DNA of 60,560 nt from a virus (lineage: Duplodnaviria > Caudoviricetes), in the IMG/VR virus record IMGVR_UViG_3300005512_000032, positions 1 through 60,560 of that record; one strand, written 5' to 3'. The notes beneath the pieces were generated by a model. That model was given only the letters and a program-made list of their open reading frames with translations. It did no database searches and was not told where the DNA came from. Numbering within the stretch: the first letter of the stretch is position 1; the number at the start of each line of letters is the position of its first letter. Below are positions 53,641 to 60,560 of the stretch, piece by piece. The position numbers and the translations under genes are program-made.

Positions 53641-56099
53641 TGGCAATTGAAAAGCCCATGGAAGCCACGGATATTGTTGAGATTGAAACGCTCACGGATC
53701 CCGAAATTGAACTTGAGGTGATTAACCCAGACGCGGTCACCGTTGAGGAAGAAGACGGATCGATGACTATCGTGCTCGATCCCGAGATGCAAGAAGACAT
53801 GATGGGCCCGAACCATGATGCGAACTTCGCAGAATTCCTCGAAGAAGGCGAACTCCAAGAGATTGGATCAGAGCTGGTTGAGCAGTTCTATGGTGACAAA
53901 GAGTCACGCAAAGATTGGTCTCGTGCGTATATCAAGGGCCTTGATCTTCTTGGGTTAAAGGTTGAAGACAGAAACCAACCATGGCCCGGCGCCTGTGGCG
54001 TGTTTCACCCCGTCCTGACTGAAGCTGTTGTGCGTTTCCAAGCACAGGCAATCACAGAATTATTTCCTGCCGGCGGACCCGTTCGTACCAAAGTTGTTGG
54101 TAACGTGGACGAAATGAAGGTCAAGCAGGCGTCTCGCGTTGAGCACGAGATGAATTACCAGCTCACCGAGAAGATGACCGAGTACCGAGACGAGTTCGAG
54201 CAGATGCTGTTCAAACTTCCTTTGGCCGGATCTGCGTTCAAGAAGGTGTATTATGATCCCATACTGGAGCGGGCGGTTGCCATGTTCGTTCCAGCAGAAG
54301 ATTTTGTCGTTTCATATGGTGCGGCGGACTTGGTCACGGCCGAGCGCTACACCCATGTGATGAAGAAGAGCCCGAACGAAATCCATAAGATGATGGTCAA
54401 CGGGTTCTACAGTGACGTAGATCTCCCAGATCCTGCGCCAGAATACTCCGACATTGAGGAGAAGTATGATGAGCTTGAAGGTGAAACTCCTTATGGAGTT
54501 GAGGACGATGATCGACACACCATTCTCGAGATGCATGTTGATTACGATCTTCCAGAACCGTTTGGAGATGCTGATGGGATTGCCCGTCCTTATGTTATTA
54601 CGATAGACAAGTCATCCCGAACTGTTCTTTCAATCCGCCGGAATTGGTATGAAGATGATCCCAAGAAACAGAAGCGACAGCATTTTGTACATTATCGTTA
54701 TCTACCCGGCCTTGGTTTCTACGGCACTGGCCTTATCCATCTTATTGGTGGTTTGGCTAAATCTGCGACCTCTATCTTGCGCCAGCTTGTGGATGCAGGC
54801 ACACTATCCAACTTGCCAGCAGGCCTCAAGGCCCGTGGGCTCCGAATCAAAGGAGACGATTCGCCACTGATGCCGGGCGAGTTCCGGGATGTAGACATTC
54901 CCGGAGGCGCGATCAAGGACAACATTTTCCCGCTTCCTTACAAGGAGCCGTCCGGTGTTCTTTATCAGTTGCTTGGAAATATGGTTGAAGAGGGTCGCCG
55001 CATTGGTTCGGTGGCGGATGTCGATATTTCTTCGGCCAATCAAAACGCACCAGTCGGGACAACACTTGCGCTGTTAGAGCGCTCACTAAAGGTGATGTCT
55101 GGGGTCCAAGCCCGAATTCATAATTCGTTTAAGAAAGAACTTCGTATCCTGTCTGAGATCATCCATGATCACATGTCAGCGCAATACGAGTACGACCTCG
55201 AAGGTGAGTTCTCACGGGTTGATGATTTCGACAAGCGCGTGGATGTTATTCCCGTTTCTGATCCGAATGCGGCAACAACGTCCCAGCGGATCATTGCGTA
55301 TCAGGCCGCATTGCAATTGGCACAGCAGGCACCGCAGTTGTACAACTTAGGCATGCTTCACAGGCAAATGCTTGAAACGCTGTCGATTCCAAACGCAGAA
55401 GAGATCGTCAAGTTGCCTGAAGACATTCAGCCACATGACCCTGTGACTGAGAATATGATGATGCTGAAGCAAGAACCAGTCAAAGCATTTGCATATCAAG
55501 ACCATGAGGCGCACATTGCCACGCACATGGCCATGATGAAGGATCCAAAGGTTCGTGAGCTGGTTGGCCAGTCACCGTTTGCCAAGGCAATCGAGGGGGC
55601 AATGATCGAGCATGTCACAGAGCACGTTGCGTTCCAGTACAGAAAAGAGGTTGAGAAGCAATTGGGTGTTCCTCTTCCCGCAGAGGAAGCTCTTCTCCCT
55701 GAAGATGTGGAGCGTGAGCTTGCTCCACTTATCTCTGAAGCCACTCAAAAAGTGCTACAGGCGAATCAAGCGGAGATGGCTCAGAAGAAAGCACAGCAAC
55801 AACAACAAGATCCACTCACTCAGATTCAGCAACGAGAGCTGGCTCTCAAAGAGGCGGAGTTCAAGCACAAGCGAGATATGGATGTGGCCAAGCTACAGAC
55901 AGACCTCATCAACAAAGAAGAGACCCGAGGTCTCGAGCGTGACCGTTTGGCCTCACAAGAGCGTCAAGAAGGTGCCCGGTTGGGTGTCAAGATTGCGACC
56001 GAAAAAGACAAACTCGACAGAGAAGAACAGATCGAAGGCGTCAAGCTAGGCGTCCAGATCGCAGAGTCTATTGCAGACAAAGGAGACGTAAATGAATGA
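53640..56099 (+). CDS. Portal protein
   Basis: 819 aa directly after terL; GSAFKKVYYD and PG.GFYG.GL motifs; coiled-coil Gln-rich tail. Confidence 0.85.
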   Translation: MAIEKPMEATDIVEIETLTDPEIELEVINPDAVTVEEEDGSMTIVLDPEMQEDMMGPNHDANFAEFLEEGELQEIGSELVEQFYGDKESRKDWSRAYIKGLDLLGLKVEDRNQPWPGACGVFHPVLTEAVVRFQAQAITELFPAGGPVRTKVVGNVDEMKVKQASRVEHEMNYQLTEKMTEYRDEFEQMLFKLPLAGSAFKKVYYDPILERAVAMFVPAEDFVVSYGAADLVTAERYTHVMKKSPNEIHKMMVNGFYSDVDLPDPAPEYSDIEEKYDELEGETPYGVEDDDRHTILEMHVDYDLPEPFGDADGIARPYVITIDKSSRTVLSIRRNWYEDDPKKQKRQHFVHYRYLPGLGFYGTGLIHLIGGLAKSATSILRQLVDAGTLSNLPAGLKARGLRIKGDDSPLMPGEFRDVDIPGGAIKDNIFPLPYKEPSGVLYQLLGNMVEEGRRIGSVADVDISSANQNAPVGTTLALLERSLKVMSGVQARIHNSFKKELRILSEIIHDHMSAQYEYDLEGEFSRVDDFDKRVDVIPVSDPNAATTSQRIIAYQAALQLAQQAPQLYNLGMLHRQMLETLSIPNAEEIVKLPEDIQPHDPVTENMMMLKQEPVKAFAYQDHEAHIATHMAMMKDPKVRELVGQSPFAKAIEGAMIEHVTEHVAFQYRKEVEKQLGVPLPAEEALLPEDVERELAPLISEATQKVLQANQAEMAQKKAQQQQQDPLTQIQQRELALKEAEFKHKRDMDVAKLQTDLINKEETRGLERDRLASQERQEGARLGVKIATEKDKLDREEQIEGVKLGVQIAESIADKGDVNE

Positions 56100-56277
56100 G
56101 TTAGATTACCTTACATCAAAAGTTCGTGATCACATGAATGCCGTGGCTGACCATATGGCCGGCGGTGGATGTCAGTCATTTGAACAGTACCAGAAGTTGT
56201 GCGGACAGATTGAAGCGCTTGCTGTAGTCGAGCGTGAAATTCTTGATCTAAAAGAAAAGGTTGAAGGCGCCGAATAG
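56092..56277 (+). CDS. Small conserved protein between portal and groES
   Basis: AAGGAG RBS; Y...CG.I..L motif. Confidence 0.6.
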   Translation: MNELDYLTSKVRDHMNAVADHMAGGGCQSFEQYQKLCGQIEALAVVEREILDLKEKVEGAE

Positions 56278-56365
56278 GCTGTCAACCCATGGTATACTGT
56301 AAGCAGTAAAAGATTCGTCTTTGAGACGCAAGGTACTGCGGACCTGAACCGTAAGCGAGGAAATA

Positions 56366-56734
56366 ATGCAAGTTAAGCAGTTTGAAATGACTGAAGAACT
56401 GGAGCAAACCCTTCCAGTCCCGCAAGGATATAAGATCCTTGTCGCATGCCCAGAGATTGAAGAAACCACTGAAGGTGGCATTATCATCGCGAATGATTAT
56501 CGCGCCAAAGAATCAACGGCTTCTATTTTCGGTTACGTGATCGAAATGGGTGAAGACGCGTACTACGATACCGACAAGTTCCCGACTGGTCCCTACTGCA
56601 AAGAAGGTGACTGGGTCATTTTCCGGTCCTATACAGGAACCCGGTTTAAAGTCCAAGGCCAAGAGTTCCGGCTCATCAATGATGATTCGGTCGAGGCTGT
56701 TGTTGAGGATCCAAGAGGTATCGAGAGAGCATGA
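56366..56734 (+). CDS. groES: GroES-like co-chaperonin
   Basis: P.GYKILV, E.T.GGII, GDWVIF..Y.GT and R.INDD.V.AVV motifs. Confidence 0.9.
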   Translation: MQVKQFEMTEELEQTLPVPQGYKILVACPEIEETTEGGIIIANDYRAKESTASIFGYVIEMGEDAYYDTDKFPTGPYCKEGDWVIFRSYTGTRFKVQGQEFRLINDDSVEAVVEDPRGIERA

Positions 56735-57627
56735 GCGAAGAAAACACACAAGAAGTAGAAGTTCAAACTGACGATCAGTTTGAGGTTGAAATTGTAGACG
56801 ACACTCCTGAAGGGGATCGTGGTCGTCCACGCCGTCCAGAGGGCCATGAACCACAGGTCCCAGATGACGAAGAACTGGCTGATTACTCAGGCAAAGTTCA
56901 AGACCGAATTAAAAAGTTACGGTTTGAGTACCACGAAGAACGCCGAGCGAAAGAAGAAGCCGAGCGGATTCGTGAAGAAGCAATTCAGGCGGCAAAGAAA
57001 CTCTATCAAGAGAATGAAGCACTTAAAAATAAGCTGTCAAAAGGTGAGGAGGCACTCGTTGGTCAGGCGAAGACCCGCGTACAGGCCGAACTGGACAGAG
57101 CAAAAGCCGCCTACAAGCAGGCCTACGAAACCGGAGATTCCGACGCCATCGTAGAAGCGCAGTCCAAGATTTCCGAGCTGTCTGCACAGAAACTTCAGTA
57201 CGACCGTTACAGACCAAAGCCAGCCAAGCCAGCGCAACCTGCGCCGGACTTCCAGCCACAGCCACAACAGCAGTCATTCAAGCCGGATGATGAAGCGGTT
57301 GAATGGGCACAGCGGAATCCATGGTTTGGCAAGAACAAGAAGATGACAAGCTTTGCCATGGGAGTCCATGACGAGCTTGTGTCTGACGGCATTGACCCAC
57401 GTTCATCAGAATATTACGAGCGCATTGATCAAGAGATTCGGGGCACATTCCCGAATGAGTTTGATGAGCCGAAACAGAATCGGGGAACCGTGGTGGCCCC
57501 CGCAAGTAGATCATCCAAGTCACCGCGCAAAATAACCTTGACACAAACACAGGTCGCACTCGCCAAGCGACTCGGGTTATCTCCCGAACAATATGCGGCG
57601 CAATTACTCAAGGAGAAGGCAGTATGA
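56731..57627 (+). CDS. Capsid scaffolding-like protein
   Basis: Acidic N-terminus and long coiled coil; W...NPWFG; C-terminal A.RLG....YA. Confidence 0.65.
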   Translation: MSEENTQEVEVQTDDQFEVEIVDDTPEGDRGRPRRPEGHEPQVPDDEELADYSGKVQDRIKKLRFEYHEERRAKEEAERIREEAIQAAKKLYQENEALKNKLSKGEEALVGQAKTRVQAELDRAKAAYKQAYETGDSDAIVEAQSKISELSAQKLQYDRYRPKPAKPAQPAPDFQPQPQQQSFKPDDEAVEWAQRNPWFGKNKKMTSFAMGVHDELVSDGIDPRSSEYYERIDQEIRGTFPNEFDEPKQNRGTVVAPASRSSKSPRKITLTQTQVALAKRLGLSPEQYAAQLLKEKAV

Positions 57628-58076
57628 GCGATCGTACACCGAGGGAAACTCAGACCCGCGAAAAAACTGAGCGCAAAAAACCATGGGCTCCCGCATCACG
57701 GATACCGACTCCAGAAAGTCAGGATGATTATTCATTCCGCTGGATTCGCACATCGATGTTGGGGCAAGCAGACAACACAAACGTCTCTGCAAAGTTTAGA
57801 GAAGGTTGGGAGCCTGTAAAGGCCGAAGATCATCCAGAGCTACAAGTGATGTCTGACATTGATTCTCGCTTCGAGGGCAATGTAGAAGTTGGAGGACTCC
57901 TGCTGTGCAAAAACAGCAAAGAGAACATCGAAGCTCGCAAAGAGTACCTCCAAGAAATCAACGAACGTCAGATGGAATCAGTGGACAATAACTATTTGCG
58001 TGAGAATGACCCACGCATGCCCATGTTGAGACCAGAGCGTTCTACAAAGGTATCTTTTGGTGGCGGCAACTCCTGA
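57624..58076 (+). CDS. Conserved head-region protein
   Basis: RWIR, REGWEPV and VGGLLLC motifs. Confidence 0.6.
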   Translation: MSDRTPRETQTREKTERKKPWAPASRIPTPESQDDYSFRWIRTSMLGQADNTNVSAKFREGWEPVKAEDHPELQVMSDIDSRFEGNVEVGGLLLCKNSKENIEARKEYLQEINERQMESVDNNYLRENDPRMPMLRPERSTKVSFGGGNS

Positions 58077-58115
58077 TTATTCGGGGTGCCGCATAGACAT
58101 ATTTAGGAGAATGAA

Positions 58116-58775
58116 ATGTCTTCAGTAAGCACCCCTTATGGCCTTGTAGCCAAGCAAAAGCTTGGTTTCGGCTATTACAATGGTGCGTTTCGTGAGTACC
58201 CTGTCAAGGCGAACAACTCTGCCGCTATTTTTAATGGCGATTTGGTTGTTCTTTCAACAGCAGGACTCCCGAGCGCAGTAGGCTCATCACCTGTCGCATT
58301 CGACGTAAGTGGAGCATCAGACGCAACTGCCGGAATTATGGGCGTATGCGTTGGCGCACGTTACATCGATGCAAATGGTGTTACACAATTCAGCAACTTC
58401 TTGCCAGCAGGTTTGGTTACAGGTGGCGCGACCGAAGTATTCGTTCGTGTAGCTGACGATCCAGACTTGATCTTCCAAGTAAAAGGCACGGCGGCCCTCG
58501 GTACATTCAACAGCGGAACAGATGGTTCTGGTTTTGCTGGTGCAGTTGGCATGAACGCGGCCCTCGACTTCAACACATCTGGTTCAACATCGACTAATAA
58601 GTCTGGTGTTGCATTGGCGGTTGGAGCCAACGGCGGAAGCTTGGCGGCTACTTCAACTCTTGCAGTACGCATCGTTGAAGTTGTTCCCGGCACAGAAGCG
58701 GATGACTACCCAGAGTTTCTTGTGAAGCTCAACGTGGGCGTTCATTCATACCATAACCCACTTGGCTTAGCGTAA
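58116..58775 (+). CDS. Capsid decoration/stabilising protein
   Basis: PYGL, IF.GD.V and DDPD..F motifs; directly upstream of the major capsid gene. Confidence 0.6.
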   Translation: MSSVSTPYGLVAKQKLGFGYYNGAFREYPVKANNSAAIFNGDLVVLSTAGLPSAVGSSPVAFDVSGASDATAGIMGVCVGARYIDANGVTQFSNFLPAGLVTGGATEVFVRVADDPDLIFQVKGTAALGTFNSGTDGSGFAGAVGMNAALDFNTSGSTSTNKSGVALAVGANGGSLAATSTLAVRIVEVVPGTEADDYPEFLVKLNVGVHSYHNPLGLA

Positions 58776-58786
58776 GGAGCTAGATC

Positions 58787-59695
58787 ATGGCGATTTCACG
58801 TTCCCAGCTCCTTAAAGAGCTGTTACCGGGTCTCAATGCATTGTTCGGTTTGGAGTACGACAAGTACGAAAACGAGCATGCAGAGATTTACGAAACTGAA
58901 AACTCAGAGCGTTCATTCGAGGAAGAGGTCAAGCTGTCAGGCTTTGGCGCGGCTCCTGTGAAGAACGAAGGCGCGGCTATCCAGTACGATACTGCACAAG
59001 AAGCCTTCACTGCTCGCTACAACCACGAAACGGTAGCAATGGGTTTCTCTGTCACTGAAGAAGCGATGGAAGATAACCTGTATGACGCATTGTCTGCTCG
59101 TTACACCAAGGCACTTGCACGTGCAATGGCGTACACCAAGCAAACAAAAGCGGCGGCATTGCTGAACAACGGTTTCACAACATTCAACTCTGGCGATGGT
59201 ACGACTCTGTTCAGCACCACACACGCCACTGTTGGTGGAACGAACAACCGTAACCGTTTGGCCACAGATGCGGATCTCAACGAGACATCTCTTGAGCAAG
59301 CAGTCATTGATATCGCGGCTTTTACAGACGAGCGTGGTCTTTTGATCGCGGCACGTCCACGTAAGCTGATTGTTCCACCTGCATTGATGTTCGTTGCAAC
59401 TCGTTTGCTCGAGACAGATCTGCGTGTTGGTACAGCGGACAACGATATCAACGCGATCCGCTCAAACGGCTCTATCCCAGAGGGATATCGTGTCAACCAT
59501 TACTTGACAGACAGTGATGCATTCTTCATCACAACAGATGTACCAAATGGAATGAAGCACTTCGTGCGGACTCCAATGCAGACATCTATGGACGGTGACT
59601 TCGACACAGGTAACGTGCGCTACAAGGCGCGTGAGCGTTACTCATTCGGTGTTTCTGACCCACTTGGAATCTTCGGTTCACCCGGAGCATCCTAA
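58787..59695 (+). CDS. Major capsid protein
   Basis: MAISR.QLLKELLPGLNALFG.EY and DFDTGN.RYKARERYSFG..D motifs; strong RBS; terminator follows. Confidence 0.88.
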   Translation: MAISRSQLLKELLPGLNALFGLEYDKYENEHAEIYETENSERSFEEEVKLSGFGAAPVKNEGAAIQYDTAQEAFTARYNHETVAMGFSVTEEAMEDNLYDALSARYTKALARAMAYTKQTKAAALLNNGFTTFNSGDGTTLFSTTHATVGGTNNRNRLATDADLNETSLEQAVIDIAAFTDERGLLIAARPRKLIVPPALMFVATRLLETDLRVGTADNDINAIRSNGSIPEGYRVNHYLTDSDAFFITTDVPNGMKHFVRTPMQTSMDGDFDTGNVRYKARERYSFGVSDPLGIFGSPGAS

Positions 59696-59700
59696 GAATA

Positions 59701-59725
59701 GAGGGGCCTTCGGGCCCCTTTTTTA
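59701..59725 (+). terminator. Rho-independent terminator after the major capsid gene
   Basis: AGGGGCC-TTCG-GGCCCCT followed by a T run. Confidence 0.85.
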
Positions 59726-59769
59726 TCCTGACAGCATTATGCTGACACTTGCCACGACAGGAGATTGAC

Positions 59770-60411
59770 ATGGCTAACACAACTTTCACAGGACCAGTTC
59801 GGTCCGAAGGCGGATTCGAGGTTGTTGACAAAAATGCGGCAACCGGAACTTTCACCACTTCCCTAGATATTGCATCTGATGGTGCGATTGATTTAACTTA
59901 TTCAAGCTCCGACACAGGTACTGGGAACGTCGAACCGATTGTCATGGAAAACACCATGACAGGCGCTGGCGGATTGGCAGGTCGTGCTCGCTTTCAATTG
60001 AATGCTGATGCCGCTTTGGGTTCTTACTCAAACGCAATGAAAGCAATCACTGTATATGGAGCCTCAGGCAAGACAACCGGCTTGGGCTCAGCTTTTGTTG
60101 CAGAGATGACCTTATCTGCTGGCACTGATGCAGGCACTTATGCCCCACTTGAGATTGAACTGAATGCTCCAACAGGTGCCGACACAGGTACGTTGACATC
60201 ATTCATCCACATTTCAACACAGGGTGATGATGTCGCAACAATTGATGACAACGTGCGTTTGTTCAACCTTGCGGGTGTAACTGCGGGTACAGGGCATGTG
60301 TTCCAAACAGGTAACACCGCCCCAGCAACAGTTGGTGGCACATTGAAGTGCCGTGTTGCAGGAACAGACTACTACGTTATCCTGTATACAAGCGAAGCGA
60401 CCACCACCTAA
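59770..60411 (+). CDS. Putative head fibre/structural protein
   Basis: MANTTFTGPVRSE.GF N-terminus; AGGAG RBS. Confidence 0.6.
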   Translation: MANTTFTGPVRSEGGFEVVDKNAATGTFTTSLDIASDGAIDLTYSSSDTGTGNVEPIVMENTMTGAGGLAGRARFQLNADAALGSYSNAMKAITVYGASGKTTGLGSAFVAEMTLSAGTDAGTYAPLEIELNAPTGADTGTLTSFIHISTQGDDVATIDDNVRLFNLAGVTAGTGHVFQTGNTAPATVGGTLKCRVAGTDYYVILYTSEATTT

Positions 60412-60560
60412 TGTTGGATAAGCAGAGCTTAGAGCGGCTTAAAGCTCAGGCAGAAGAGCAGAGGGATAAATATATCCAGATGTTTCATGAAGCCAATGGT
60501 GCTATTGGCATGCTGAATTATCTGCTTCAGGAAGCTGAAAAAAATGAGGAGGGGGACGAA
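60411..60560 (+). CDS. 50-aa ORF crossing the circular junction (stop TAG at 93-95)
   Basis: MLDKQSLERLKAQAEEQRDKY...EEGDE; TAATG coupling. Confidence 0.55.
   Translation, partial: MLDKQSLERLKAQAEEQRDKYIQMFHEANGAIGMLNYLLQEAEKNEEGDE

Noticed and set aside
60469-60560. 92-bp terminal repeat as a biological terminal repeat
   Set aside because: It falls inside an ORF in the late operon and is best explained as circular-assembly overlap.
1-60560. tRNA genes or an alternative genetic code
   Set aside because: No cloverleaf was recognised by eye, and genes are long and tightly coupled under the standard code with all three stop codons used.

Overview
The window looks like a complete, circularly permuted tailed-phage genome of about 60.5 kb (bases 1-92 repeat exactly at 60469-60560), with podovirus-like organisation. 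No integrase, repressor or DNA polymerase was recognised. The + strand late region (about 50.2 kb through the junction to 35.3 kb) encodes terminase, portal, GroES, scaffold, major capsid, an HlyC-like acyltransferase beside a 916-aa acidic Gly/Asp-rich protein, a SET-domain protein, tail genes, four RCC1-repeat proteins, three glycosyltransferases, a lysis module, ejection proteins and a 2703-aa polyvalent protein. The middle region carries Sak-like SSAP, SSB-like, exonuclease, RusA, primase-helicase and a VUT-transporter/TGT-like pair. The most striking signal lies in the - strand putative early operon (about 50.0 to 44.6 kb). Five hammerhead ribozymes (four type II, one type III) sit in the leader and intergenic gaps, each with an intact catalytic core and co-varying stems and pseudoknots. 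They are predicted to cut the polycistronic transcript, which includes ardC, into separate units. All calls come from reading motifs by eye; no searches were run.
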